From contig NC_087447.1 in NCBI RefSeq assembly GCF_036321535.1, positions 52,020,001-52,084,000 on the forward strand: DNA of 64,000 nucleotides, in the 5' to 3' direction. The DNA is from Camelus dromedarius (lineage: Eukaryota). The notes beneath the pieces were generated by a model. It did not search any database. It saw only the letters and a list, made by a program, of their open reading frames with translations, and was not told the DNA's origin. Below are positions 41,251-55,399 of this stretch, one piece after another (within the stretch, counting starts at the first letter, position 1; each line of letters begins with the position of its first letter). The position numbers and the translations under genes are program-made.

Positions 41251-43999
41251 AAAAACCTGCTCCATTCCCTCATTCCTATGCTAGCCAACTTTATTTCCTA
41301 TGATTCACAGATATGAATCTTCTAATCTGTCCATCCAGAGTCCAGTGAAAACCCCACCCTCATTCAATTGCCTGACTCTGCTCACATTGTTCCCGTACCT
41401 GGAATCCTCTCCCCAGGGTAGTTAAGTCACATATTCATTCTGAAGATGTTTCTGAATAAGTCAATCCTCACTGACAATTATTCTTTAGATTTGATACCAC
41501 TTATGATGAGTAACTCTATAACCTCAAATACATACATAAAGCAGTTTCACCTTACTTCCTATCAACATCTAGTTTTTGCCATAGTTACTTGCCTTTAATC
41601 TCTTTTCTCAGAGACAAAATGGTTACTCCAGAATTGTAAAGCTCAAACATAACTATAGGAACTCAGCTAGGGCTTTAAGATAAAGAGGACAAAGTATATA
41701 ACCAAGGAATATTGCAGGATAAATAACATCATGAGTGAATGAAAAGCATGCTCCTTCCTCTATCAAGCCTGGCTAACTCACCAGCTTCACTGGCCAGAAC
41801 CTTGACTGCATCTTTATATCTCCCTTAACATTTAGCACAGGATCTTGAACACAGATGGTAACAAATGTCTGCTGAATAACAAATGAATTCTTTGAATGCA
41901 ACTTCCTACATGTGTATTCAGTAGTCCCCAAACCTAAACAAATATCCAAAATCTTAAAGCAGGAAGTGGACATGAGAAAAAAACTAAAACGATGGGACAT
42001 CCATTCACTTCTCAACAGTGTATTATGCGTTTTTACTTTGCATTTCAAGGTGGCATCTTACTCCTGCCCTCAAACCTGAGTATGTACCAGGCATCCTTAT
42101 CTTTAAATAGTTACTGACACTTCATTGTTGTCAGAGCGAAAAAGAGCACTATTAAGAGAAGCAAGAATTTAGATATGACACTTCACTTCACTTCCTCTTT
42201 GCTTCACCCTAACAGTGGGGTGCCAAGACAAACCCCTATAACTCTACTGCAGTCAGGAAGAAATCAACACCATGAAGCTTGAAAGTACAGTGACGTGTGA
42301 AGTGGGAATAAGGATAGAGGGTTGGCAGGGACAGTAGACAAGTCTTAGGAGCTGAATTTCTGAAAGCAACAAAGACAGCAGGTCATAGCACAAAAACCAC
42401 AGACTGCTGAAACCTGATTCAGACCCTGACTGTAGGAGCCTAGGATCAACGAATTTAAGAGCCTCTCTTTCTGACACTCCGAATAGACAAGTCTAATTCC
42501 ACTACATAGAATTCCTGAACCTGGCCCTGAAATACTACAAACATAGAACACCTTTCTTTTGTTTAGCTTCAGAAATACATTTTCCCCCTTTCTATGCATT
42601 TATACTTACCTGGTAATTTGCCTAAATTGGTTAGAGGCCAAAATACACATACTGTAATCATTCAGACTTGCTTAAGGGGATTTCTCTGAAGCAAAGTAGT
42701 TAGCTCCAAATTTATCATTAAGTTTGTAATAACAGATTTTTTTTCACTTGTTTAATTTGGATCTCTTTAATAATTCTCTTCATATTTGTAAAAATGCCTT
42801 TAAATTATACCTTTCCTTCCATATCATTTACTTTTTAATATTCGGTGGTTTAGATTAAGGGATCATGAAATGTATTTAAGGTGGGTAATTCCTCTTTACT
42901 TCAATATTCAGAAGATTATTCCGATGCAAAGAGGAAACAAACAACATAAATGCCTAGAAGAAAATGTACAATTTAAATACCTAAATTTACATAGGTATTT
43001 ATTACTTGCTGCCTTCTTTGAACTCATATATATAGATAACACGCCCGCTTTAAATGTTCAACAGAATATTTTTATTCTGCTTTTTTGCACAAGGGTAACT
43101 ACCATCAAGATTTCTTCAAGTTATATGTGATTATCATTTCGAATAATGAGTTTGACACATCAGGACAACTTCTCCCAGAGAATATTTTGCTCAGTAATAT
43201 GAAGAGAAACATCATCACCAGGAGTGAGAACATACTGAACCAGAGAGAGTAGTTCATACAATTCTTGTCATTTGATGGAATCTCCCAAATGTATGAACAA
43301 GAATCTTGACTTCTTAGCGACACAGAAATCAGTGAATGAATGAAATACCAAAAGCACCACTCATCAACATACATTTCTCTTTGTAATTATTATACCACTG
43401 GGCGATGACTTTAAACAGGCTATCAATTGGTAAATGAGAGGGTTTCAATTGCCTCCAAGTAAGAAAAACTGGTTAACTTTTAAATCACCTGCAACAAGAG
43501 CAGGCTGACAATGGCTGGCCCATACTAGGAGCTCAAAAAATAATTGAAGAATTAAAATAAAAGCCTTCATGAAATGATTTATAAAGATTCTGAAAAAGAA
43601 AAAATTCACATGTATACTTCTCTATTTTAGCTTATCTCTTAAAATAAGATTTACACCCAGAAATATTAACTGAGGGTTGAACCTACACAAAAGGTATCTT
43701 AGAATTTTTATTATTTCTTCAAATTTCTCTAGTTCATCAATTCACAGTTACATAAAGAAGGCAAATAGAGTATTAAATTAAAAATCCACTCCTTTCAGTC
43801 ACAATGTATGTAATACAACTGGTTGGACAGGAAATCAAAGATCTGTGAATTTTCTATACATGTTTTTCAAAGATTACTATCAAAAAAAGGTCAGGTTCTG
43901 ATCATGGTCTATCTCCATAACTCTCACTCAATTTAAAGCACACCCTCAAATGAAAAATATGAGAGCAACATACCCCCCAAGATGGGAAGCACAACTTAC

Positions 44000-44080
44000 T
44001 TCGACCTGAAAAAGTTCTCCAGCCCCCTCACAGTCATTGGATGTGATTATTGGAGTATGAATATGCACAAAGCCATTGTC
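44000..44080 (-). CDS. NARS2: NARS2 exon 5: [27 protein letters not shown] (class II motif 1 region)
   Basis: Acceptor ctttcttttccag|GAC; donor GAA|gtaagt; 81 nt. TPIIT.ND.EGAGELF is an AsnRS signature. Confidence 0.97.
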
Positions 44081-44456
44081 CTGGAAAAGAAAGAGAAACC
44101 ACTTTTCTCAGTATATGGAAGGGAACAGTTCCAAGAACATACACCTTATTCTACATTAAAACAGCCCTAAGAGAAGGCCGTATCTAATTCCTCCCTAACT
44201 CCCAAATAAAATTATTGAAATATCAAGTTGAGAGTTTACTATGCACAAAGAATTTTAAATCAGAAAATGACTTAAGCAATATCTAGTCCAATCTCCTTAC
44301 TTCAAAGACAAGGAAATTGAGGCCCAGAGAGATTTAATGAGAGGCCAAAGTCACACAACTAGTCAGTGGCAGAGCCAGGACTGGAACCTAGGAGCTCAGG
44401 GTCTCTCTGTGGTGCCATTTCTTCCTCCCACTTCTCCATGACACTGGTAATGATTT

Positions 44457-44466
44457 CACACACGCA

Positions 44467-44509
<43 letters not shown>

Positions 44510-44526
44510 TCACTCACTCACTCTCT
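44457..44526. repeat. Compound microsatellite (CA)/(CT)/(CACT)
   Basis: Directly visible. Confidence 0.9.
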
Positions 44527-47254
44527 CAAGGCTTTGGCATAATAGTGCTGCCCACATTGCTAAGAGGATGCAAAGTGATCAATATGAAGTTCAGTTATTT
44601 TGAAATGAGACCCTCAATTGTAACAAGCCACCAAAAAGAAGATAAATTAAGGATGACAAACAGGGACTGAAGAAACAAACAGCAAAAGAGGCAGAAACGA
44701 TTTTTGGGAAGTCTGTCATTAAACTAATGGCATAGTGGACTACACATGGCACAGGCTGTGCACTTTCTCTGCCTGAAGGGAGATTCTGAGCAGCATATCC
44801 GTCCATTAATAAGGCACCTAACTGCAATTCTTCCGCTCCAAAGTCTGAGATTATTTCCATTAGTGAACCACAAATGCTGTTGCTAGTAAAAGTGAAATAA
44901 CCCAGCAACATCAAGGTTATGCTTCTTTCATTTTGACTATGGATGCAGGCAAAAGGTTACAGGGTGGGGGTGCAGGCAGCTAAAGTGATCTTAAACAGTG
45001 CAAAGGCAGAACAGGGCATGTTCAATGCAAACATTCTGGCCCTGAAATCAGTACAGTACGTTCATATATACACATCTAATCTCTGCTAAATTCTGCCATC
45101 ACTGGTGATATATAAAATATCTCAGTGCATTACCAGGGTCCTCCCAAATCTGCCCATTCCTTCCTAAAAAAGTTGAATTCAAGTATTCTGGCTATGATAC
45201 AAAGTATCCAGCCAACAATTTGCCTTATGATGCAGACTGATTAAATATTCAAGTTATAAATTAGGATTCTCAGAAAGTATTCAAATATGTACTTGATCTG
45301 GGAACAACATGCCTGAGACGTGCTGCACAGAGCACATTACAGAGAATGAATGAAACAGAATCAGTAGCATTACTGCATAAAACTTTTATCTCGTAGGAGC
45401 CAAGAATTATGGACATGAATCATTTATTCCACACGAATGCAGGCAACTGTGAGCATGAGTGCAGTAAACAAAGAAAGGAAGTGAAAAATCCAAAGGAAAT
45501 GAGGGTGGTGAGAGGGAGGGGAAGAGGGAGGAGAAAATTTAACGGCTGAATATAATTGCCAAAGTTAGAACTGGTCAACTGCCACAAGAAACAACACTGT
45601 AAATCTTGTGAAAATAACTGTATGGGATCTTTTTTTAAAAATCACTCAAGCAGTGAGAATTATTCTTAATATTCAAATAATGCTAAACCTTTCAAAAGGT
45701 GTCACCAGCTTTTTAAGCCTTACCACTGCGAGCAAGGCTTATCATATCAAAATCCATGACATTACCACCAAAAAAAGCTACAAAGGAGAGGGTATAAAGG
45801 AAGAATAACAAAGAGATGAGAACAAAGTCCCAAAAAGAGAACGTAGACAGGGAAATAGATTTTTTAAAAAATAGCAAGGCGTGGAAGAGTACTATCACCG
45901 GCTACCTTCAGCAGGATGCCAGCGTCAGCACTTATCCCATCCCACAAAGGGGCTTCTAAAGAGAGATAAGAAGGCCAGAGAAGGGGCCAAAAATACTGGC
46001 CCAGTTATTCAGAGTCTACCTACTGCCTCTAAATATCTAAATATTTTGATAGATACATATTTGTATGACTAGATATTTGTAAGGCCCTGAGCATCTGAAA
46101 ATTACAAAACTCACGTACTAAGGCCCGTACACATCAAAGACTCATGGACTATATTTTTCTTTGACACACACAAAACAAGAATCACTGTTTAATCACACTC
46201 AACAAAAAACAGAATATGACAGCAATTGCTAGCCCGCGGCACATCACTGGCAATGAAAAGTGACGGCAAGAGGAGACCAAAAAAAAGAAACAAAACAAAA
46301 CCACAAAAAACAAAAACCTGTAAGAAGCAATCACAAGAACTCAAAGACACAGCAGTCTAAATCATTCAACAGAGGGCCAAAGAACACTCCCCACTGTGAC
46401 AGGCTTTGAAGGCAGCACTATATTGAGGACGGAATAACCTGACACTCAGAGGAAGAACCTCAACCCACCAAGAAAGGGCAAACTCTGTTCTACTGGTTCA
46501 CTTCAGGAAGCCAGGTAACTATGTGATACATTTTAGGATAATTTCCACTAGAAATTAGAAAACATTGGCGCTTAAAAAGATAATCCTATTGTTTGAGAAA
46601 TTCAGTTCTTGTAAATAATCTACTCCTTGAGAGTTCTATATAGCCAGGTTTTAGTTCTCAGCAAATGTGTTAATTTTATGAGCAAAGCAAGTTATACAGT
46701 AAACATTTTTGATACTCAAACCAAAAAACCCCAGATCCTTAAAGTATCCTAACTGAAAGGTACTGCTCAAGTTTCTATTTTCCCCCTACATTTCTAGGTG
46801 TGAAATTTCTGAAAACTTTACATTTTAAGTCTTAACGTCGTTTAGGGAGTCTAAAGCAACAAATCATGAAACAGCACCAAACACAGGATAATACGTAACT
46901 ATTATTTAATATGTCCTATAGTACTCTCATGATTTCTTTACACAATGCAATCCTGTCACACACATAAGTGTATAACATCTTAGAAGGAGGTATCAGGATT
47001 CTATTGTCCAGGCCTTTGCAATTAAAAAAATGAATTTATAGCACTAAAAAGTACCTACCTTTATATCTGTCACCAACAGGGCTAAAATTAATTATTTTCA
47101 AACATTTAAAATGTTTTTAAAATTTTAATTTATTTAGCTTTGAGTTCAGATTTTTCTAGTTTCTTATTTTTAAACTGTTTACATGTTTCTAAAAGCTTCA
47201 AGTAATAAAAAAATGTAAGAATTAGGTAAAGCCCACTTGTTAATGGGTTGCCAA

Positions 47255-47273
47255 TACCACCACCTAGTGGCCA
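47255..47273 (-). promoter_or_regulatory. CTCF-like motif (TGGCCACTAGGTGGTGGTA) in intron 4
   Basis: Close by-eye match to the CTCF core CCAC(C/T)AG(G/A)(G/T)GGC; motif only. Confidence 0.55.
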
Positions 47274-47939
47274 GAAATCCATAAAACTTCCAGAATTCAA
47301 GCAGGTCCACTGACTTTATCTGCTGTTAAAGTCACATGGGGGAAAATATTTTTACATCTGAAAAAATGTCTCATGTGTGTGGTTCAAGTACCTGAAAAGC
47401 CATATGGAATTTGCATAAGAAGGTTTATGAGAGCATATGTAAATCCACCCTTTCAAACTATAATGGGATGACATTGTATAATGAGATTTAGTTTCATTGT
47501 TTTACTCATTTTTAAAGCCAGGATGTTCTTTAGCTGTCACACCAGAAATTACCTCTTAAGGAGCTTTTCAAAGAGCAAGAACTTTCATGTTATGCTACAG
47601 CAGGGCTGGGACTGCGTGAATGAATTTGGATGCCGTCCAAGGGATGGGTATGCTGTCAGACAGTCTTTGTAAATGAGTTGGATCTGGCGAAGTGGCTTAG
47701 GAAGAGTTCCAAAACTACATGGAAGAACACTGAACTTTATCTACTGGATCATTCTTGTATTTGGGGTCCTCTCATCCACACGGGAGGAGGGTCCTTTCAA
47801 CTCATCAACTTACCAACTACATTCTACTGTTGCTTTCCTGGGTTGGGGGAAATAGCTGAAAAGCAAAGCTAAATGAGACAAAATGCCCTTAGTCATTAGA
47901 TCAATCTAATGACAAACACCAATAACTCTTTAAAATTAG

Positions 47940-49480
47940 GGCTTCCTATATATAAAATGTCCAGACCATGAGAAAGAAATATGAACTATACTTATCCTCC
48001 CATCTGAAACAACAAAAACAAAAAACCCCACAAGCAAACCACATGAAACAATGGTTTTCAAGACATGATATCAGACAACAAAGAAGAGATACCCCTGAGA
48101 GACAGGAAACAAACACAGTGAACCCTACCAGCAGCCCAGCTGACTGCAGTCAGATATTCCAGGCCACAGTAGGAAGAGGGGAGAAATAAAGTGGAGCCAA
48201 GCAGACCTCCTTAGTCTAGGAGACAGAACTGAGAGTCTAAGGAGACCAAAATGGCTAGCATTCACAGGACAGAACACCAGAGAGGAGAGAGTTGTGCAGA
48301 GAACTCCAGAGAGGTGTAGAGGGTCACCCTGCAGTACTAGGTGGAAGAATGATCTGCACATGCATGTAAGGAAACTATCCAAGGCCAGGAAAAGAATCAT
48401 CCAAAATGATTAGAGGAAACAGTGCCTGGTGCTCACATGTGGCTTGTAACAATACCTGTTCCCACAAGCCAGACTGGAAGATGGTGTAATTCACAAGGCA
48501 CTAGGTAAACTACTCAGGAAGGCTTTGCTTCAGTAGTGAGGAATAATCAGACCTAGACTGAGCACTGCTCCAGATTTACTTGACAAGTCATAAAAGCAAG
48601 ACCCTTCAAGTAACCCTGCTACATACCAAAACAAAGCTTAAGAAGCTTTATAAATACCTAGCACCAAACAAGGTAAAATTCACAAGGTCTGGCTTCTAAT
48701 CAAAGATTAGCAGGTATGTGAAGAGGCAGGAAAACACAATCCATAAGGAAACTAATTAATCAATGAAAACTGACTTATAACTGATGGACGTATTAGAAGA
48801 AAAGGACATAAAAAGTTATTAAATAGCTATGAAAACTGTAAACACTTTTAACTAAAGCTGTATTATGTATGCTCAAAGAGTTAAGCAGAGACATGGAAAA
48901 CATTAAAAAAAAAAAAGCCCAAATCAAACACTTAGATATGAAACCTGCAGTGTGTGGGATAAAAAATGCACTGGACAGGAATAATAAAAATCAGCATTGC
49001 AGAAGAAAAGATCAGTAAGCTTAAAGACAGCAAGAAACTATCCAAAAGAAACACACAGGAAAAAGAAGATTTTTTAAAAAGAAAAGATCAGTAAGCTTGA
49101 AGACAGCAAGAAACTATCCAAAAGAAACACACAGGAAAAAGAAGATTTTTTAAAAAGAAAAGATCAGTAAGCTTGAAGACAGCAAGAAACTATCCAAAAG
49201 AAACACACAGGAAAAAAAGATTTTTTAAAAAGAAAACATCAGTGGGGATATTGTCAAGCAGCCTAATGTACAGGTAATTTCTGAAGTCCCCAAAGGAGAC
49301 AAGTGACATAAAAAATATTTGAGGAAATAATGACTGAAAACTTGACGAAAATTAGGACTCACAGATCCAAGAAATGCAGTGAACTCCAAACACAAGGAAC
49401 ATAAAGAAGACTGCACCAAGGCACATCTTAATCAAACTGCTTAAAACCAGGGATAAAGAGAAAATTTTAAGTAAGCCAAA
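47940..49480 (+). mobile_element. Old L1 5' UTR/ORF1 fragment
   Basis: gcagaagaaaagatcagtaagctt.aagacagc (ORF1 coiled-coil-like), cacagatccaagaa, caccaaggcacatc.taatcaaactgc. Confidence 0.75.
49005..49231. repeat. 76-bp tandem repeat, 3 near-identical copies
   Basis: Units start at 49005, 49081 and 49157 (gaaaagatcagtaagctt...). Confidence 0.95.
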
Positions 49481-49614
49481 AAACGAGTACCACACAAAAA
49501 GGGGTGCTTGTGATAAACAACCAGCAAAATACTGGTTCTTTCAGGATAATACTCCAGCGTTACAGTTATTTAACTTCTTCATAAGCAAGAACACCTAGAA
49601 GCTAAGCTTCTTAC

Positions 49615-49755
49615 CTTAAAGAAAGAATGGATAGCAGCTGTGGCTTCACTGCGAACTCTCAGAATAGAACCCAGAACATTCGTCCTACACCTAAGGTGAG
49701 GATATTGTCTCAGATACTCCATAGGATGCCTCTCTTTGTATTTTAAAGGGAAATC
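49615..49755 (-). CDS. NARS2: NARS2 exon 4: [47 protein letters not shown]
   Basis: Acceptor ctttcattggcag|GAT; donor AAG|gtaaga; 141 nt. Contains the AsnRS-type EYLR..PHLR.RTN motif. Confidence 0.96.
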
Positions 49756-51329
49756 CTGCCAATGAAAGGAAAAATAAGTTAGAAGCTACAAAGATACTGT
49801 TTTATCAAATCAGTTTCCAGGGCATTTGTTAAACAGTAGTGAGTGCTTTAGAATAAAATTAAGATGCTTTCCTTATTTCTTAATATAACTGAATATGGTC
49901 CACATTAATTCTAACAAGTCAGTTAAACGGTGGGGTGGAATCAGAGAGACGTGCATTTGAATCCAGCTCTACTACTTACTAGCTTTGGAACCTTGGGCAA
50001 AGTTACTTAATAACCACTGAGGCTAACTTGTTATCAAATGTTTATCTGTTAGCTATCAATCACTACTTACAAATAGAGAGATTAGGATATAATTACATAA
50101 AATAATTCACTGGCTCACAGTTTAGAATACTGTAGACGTTACAGATTATGTTTTCTATGGCTGTATACACACAGCTGGTGTTCAATTTTAAAATCAGTCA
50201 AATGTCCTGGAAGCCCACAAGCATTCATAATCAATTAGCGTTATTTATCACTGTTCATCAACACGTACTCTGTCTCAGAACATGAGGGAGGGTCAAAAGC
50301 TTTCTGTCATCTGGAAGAGCAGTGTATATTCATAAAAATTGTAAAGGAAATTGCGATTCTACCTGAAAAATTTCCACCCTGCCAACACTCATTTTACAAG
50401 ATTGAGAAGACAGGAACAAACTTTCAGACCAAAATCAAAGTGTCAATAAAAAACATAACAGGGAACCTAAGTAAAAGAGCTACAGTGGTAGACTGTTTCA
50501 GAGTTAGCTATTCTTTTCAGGGCTTGTGCACATACTAATCAATGTCGTGTAGGAATGAGCCCCATACTTACTGAAGTGACAATATGACCACATTAATAGG
50601 AATACAAGGACTGCTAGGAGGTTCAGAACTCCCTAATGTCTGAATACTTAAAAATGACACTGAAATGAGAGGGGAGAGTAGGGGAAAGTATCAATACCCA
50701 TAGAAACCAAGAGAGAACAATTTAAGAAGAGTAAAACACGTGGCGAGTTTTTAATAATCACGCAACCCTCTAAAAAAGCAAAAATAAAAATGGTTACCAT
50801 CTCCGTTCCTCTCTGGCTTCCAAATTATTTCCAAGGTCTATTTTTCAGAAATCTTAGAACCTGGTTCCTCATTTTACATGTCAATTAGAATTTCTTACAA
50901 AATTACTCAGAACATTTTAAAAAAAATTGCCTATTTGTTTCTTTTTTCCTTATTTTTAATTTCTTCTAATTATCCAAAAGAATAAAAGTGAATTAAAGAA
51001 ATGTTGTTCCCCTATATTTCCTCATTTTTTGTTCATTAAATAGATGACAGGAAGTATAGCAAAACCACAGAGGAGTCAAACAGCTAGCACATAAACTTCA
51101 TCTGTGCCACTAATCAGCAGTAGGACCTTATGCAAGTCATTTCACCTGGCTGGGCCTCATTCTCTCCAATTTAAGAAGCTGGATTGATAATCTATGATTT
51201 TATTCCCTCTAACCTCTTTAGCAGGCTATAAATGAAAAGCAACTAACAGAAGAGTCTTGCAAGAACAGGTATAAACATGTCTTAGAGTAGAATTTCTTAT
51301 CTTTGTTCAGCTGAAGCATTGTAACACTC

Positions 51330-51520
51330 CAGCACAGTCCAATAAAATTTTCTGTGATAAATGGAAATGTCTGTATCTGTGCTATACAGTACAGTAGCCA
51401 CCACTCGATAGTAGGGACTACTGAGCACCTGAAATGTGGCTAATGCCACTGAAGAACTGACTTTTTAATTTAATTTTTACTAATTAATTATTAAACTGCC
51501 ACAGGTAGCTAATGGCTGCT
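51330..51520. mobile_element. MER3-like hAT relic
   Basis: gtccaataaaattttctgtgat...gagcacctgaaatgtggcta...gaactga. Confidence 0.75.
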
Positions 51521-51886
51521 GCACACGAAAGTCATTTCAAGGCAGAGCTTTCCTAAGAATGTGGTCTGCCCTAGTATGTCTTTGTCATTACAGCTGACTA
51601 GGCATGCTTGTAAAAGTAGCAAATTTCAACAGTGACAGGCACTGCAGAGACGCATCAGAGATGCACAGAATAACATTACTTAGCTCTCACTCCTGGGACT
51701 CAGCCACCTACATAAATACTTTATGCTGCTCTCTCCATATTCCTCAGGTCTACAACCTGTTTCAATTGTCCGGGAAGTCACAATCAAAATATTTTAAGTG
51801 CCACCTTCCCAATAGTTACACCTAAAACATTGCTAGTATTTTACATTAAGTTTTAACAGCCTCCGTAAAAGTGTCACAAAACATAC

Positions 51887-52007
51887 CTTGGCATCACAAT
51901 CTCCAACAACTTCAATTTTTTCTGCCTTCAGTTCCACATTTTGCCTTTTGGATGGACTTTTTACCAGCTGCCCTTGAACTTTCACAGAACTCCCAAAAGC
52001 CAGTTCT
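51887..52007 (-). CDS. NARS2: NARS2 exon 3: (R)[40 protein letters not shown]
   Basis: Acceptor ttttgttactatag|A; donor AAG|gtatgt; 121 nt. Contained in track ORF 51833..52036; phase matches exon 2. Confidence 0.96.
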
Positions 52008-52351
52008 CTATAGTAACAAAAAAATAGCATAAACAAGACATTACATGTAACCCTCCTCTTAATATGAACCTTGCTATCAGAACATTAAAATATTTAATGA
52101 CAGACATTTTTAACTTTAATTGGGTTAAGAGCTGCATGCAGTTAAGAGACAAGCAAAGGATAGGTGGGGCATACTGTCATGTGAACGTGTTAGATAGAGA
52201 GAAAAAGATCTTGATTCCAAGTATCTGGACTTGAGCCTCCAAGCTATGAAAAGCAGATTAGTTTAGAAAGATCACTGAGTGGGCAATGTGAAACTTGGAT
52301 TAGGGAAATGGGGAGTAGAGGAGATTAAAAAAAAAAAAATCAAAGGACTTA

Positions 52352-52504
<153 letters not shown>

Positions 52505-53449
52505 CTAACGAGAAATACATCTAAACATGAGTTTAAAACACGTCAACATTTTACATTTTCATTACATGTACACATAGAAGACTAAATGGAAAAACAAAAA
52601 AAGTTCTCATAATCCTGCCTTAACAAATCAACTGCTTTTAGTTCACCCATATGCATATATAATTTTATACAGTCCTTATCACAATGAAATACAGCTTTGG
52701 TATTCCACCTTTTTTTGTTGTTGTTGTTTTGTTAATAAAGCTCATCATTCTGAATCGATACCCCAAACCCCATTAGGTTGATGAGCCTAATTCACATAAC
52801 CAATCCCCGCAACAGTCTAAGTTTTCATCCTGCCCATGCCCTTCTCCCCTACCAGCACACATAACAGGGCAAATATGTTGGTTCCTTTCTCCTTTTATAC
52901 CAAATTCCCAGAAGAGAGATTATATAGTTCTAGACTAGAAATATCTTTAGAGATTTTTTTTTCACAAAGTACCATACCAAAAGAGTTCTCAAGAAACTTC
53001 TCATTGTGAACAATATTAAATAGCATGTAAACTTTCAAAGATACTCTGAATTTAAATGACAGGTATGAGTACAAATGAGATGTCTTCAAAGTAGACCAGT
53101 AACACGAAAAACAGCTCTCTCACAGATCACATCCAACTTAAACTAGCACAGAAGTTAAGAGAGAACGTTCTTCTAACAGACTCAACAACTGTGAAAAACA
53201 TGGTGTCTGGTCAACCATCAAACAAGCTTGGGAGAAATGAGATGATCCTTCCTACTAAGAAGAATTTAATTGACCCTTACTTTCTTTGTATCCCCACCAC
53301 ACCCTACAGACATTGTTATTGAAGCCCTCCTATGACTTATTTGCATGTCCATAATATTTTGAGGGTTTGGGAACCATGCTTTTACTTTTAGTTGCTTTGA
53401 AGGCTATTGTCAGGCACATAGTAGATAATCCATAAATGTTTTGCAATGG

Positions 53450-53680
53450 AAGAATATCTACCATGTACTGAACATCTATGTGACAAGCATTTTCCTAACT
53501 TCTTCATATACTGTCTCATCGTCTCCTCACAACAATGACACGGATTATCATTATTCCTGTCTTACAAGTGAAGAACTGAGCCTTATAGGAGGTAAGTAAC
53601 TTGCCTAAGGTCACACTTCTGGTAAAGGGTAGAGCCTGAACTTGAACCCAAGTCTACCAGGAAGACTTTGATCTTTCTCC
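53450..53680. mobile_element. MIR SINE (similar copies at about 44250-44420, 49920-50100, 51050-51200, 54890-55100, 57150-57380, 63210-63600)
   Basis: MIR core gaagaactgag...aggtaagtaacttgcctaaggtcacac. Confidence 0.75.
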
Positions 53681-54241
53681 AGGGCTACAATGGATAAAAT
53701 GCAAACTGCCTCAGCGTTGTGTGCAAGGCCCTTCGTAATCCAGAGCGTTTCCAATCAGCAGTCACTTCCACAGCACCGCGGTCTTGCTTTTCACTTGTTA
53801 GTAAAAGTTAACTTGCATGAGCACTGTTTAATGTGCTTCTGCCCTAAGCTCTTCATAAATATTTTTCTACTTAATCCTTATAAGAACTTAATGAAGTAAA
53901 TGTTATCATTTTAGTGATGAAGAAACCTATTTATAGAAGTCAGGATACCCTCATTAAATAGTCAAGGTTTCCAAGCATAGAGCTCAAATCCAAATACAGC
54001 TCTTAGTTCAAAGTTCCTGTTCTTGTCAACAAGCTCTTCTGGAATGCTATTTCCACTCTATTCCCAATTCCTCGGCCTGAGGAAACACATCTTCAGGACT
54101 CCGCTGAAATGTCACCTCATGTAAGAAATCTTCCTTGACCTCTTCACACAATTAAGGACTTCCCGCTCTGTTTTCTAAGTTCTCTATTTAAACCACTAAT
54201 ACTTATTACATTGTTGTAATTACTTGTCATAGCCATTAAAC

Positions 54242-54550
54242 CAGGGCTGCCCAATTAAAAATAAAATGTGAGAACCACATATGTAATTTGACATTTTTTA
54301 GTGGTTATATTAAAAGTAAAGAGTAACAGGTAAAATTAATTTAAATAATGTTATTGAACCCATTTTATGCAAAATATTATCAACATGTAATCAATACTAA
54401 AAAACACCACTGAGCTTTGTTTGCATTCTTTTTTGTTCTTCAAAATTGGTGTGTATTTTACAATTACAGTACCTCTCAATTCAGACTAGCCGCATTTCAA
54501 GTGGTCAGGGCCACAAGTGGCAGATAGCTTCTAAATCAAACTGCACAGAA
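54242..54550. mobile_element. MER33-like hAT relic
   Basis: cagggctgcccaat...ccacatatgtaattt...ctcaattcagactagccgcatttcaagtg. Confidence 0.75.
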
Positions 54551-55399
54551 CTAAAAGCAAAGCCTGTAACCTAAGGAATAGGTTCTGTTCTTTTCATCTC
54601 TGAATCCTCTCTAGACTAGAACACAGACGGTAGCATCAATGTATGTCGAATTAATGGATTGATGCAAGAAAGGTTTTGATTTGATCACAGAAAGAATATG
54701 AAACCAAAGAAGTGCAAAGAGGGAGAAATTGGTCATACTGCTAAAAGGACATGGGAGGACAACAAAAATAACTGCATCAGTGTGTTTCAGCAATCTAATA
54801 TGTCAAACCACCTTGCTTGGCCTGCTCCTTTAGGGGGGAATCTTCTATGTGGAGCTGCTGCAAATAATATTAACAAGAGGAATTATAGCAGCTAACATTT
54901 ACTGATGGTGGACCATGGTCCTAAATGTTTTGTAACTAATCTTCAGGACTCTGTTGAGATAGGGACTACTATTATCACCATTTTCACAAGAGGAAACTGA
55001 GGTTTACAGCACAGAAGTGACATGTCCATAATTAACAAGCTAAGTGACAGACATTTAAACCTACGGAGCTTGATTCCAGAGCTCTTTCACACTGCTACAC
55101 TCCAATCTTTCTCCTAATTTATTAAACCTAAAGTCATATGCCAAGCCCCATTTTAGGCACTGAGGTGCCTACAAGTTGAATAAAAGTTACGGTTTAGTTG
55201 AACAAATATTTACTGTTAGCCATGCTTAAATATCAAGACATAAAACACGGTTCCTGCTCTCAAGGAGCTGTACAACTGTGGATACACATAACGAGAGACA
55301 AAGGTAAAGGGGGCGTTCATTTTTCTGTATGATTAACAAGTTTACAGGTAATGCCCTGGTATCACGAAAGCAAAGCTCCAGCACTTTGCAAGCATCGGA

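Noticed and set aside
42602..42613. U1 snRNA gene or pseudogene (ATACTTACCTGG)
   Set aside because: The match ends after 12 nt; it is better explained as a minus-strand donor-like site.
49005..49231. CRISPR-like array
   Set aside because: Head-to-tail units with no unique spacers, in mammalian L1 context.
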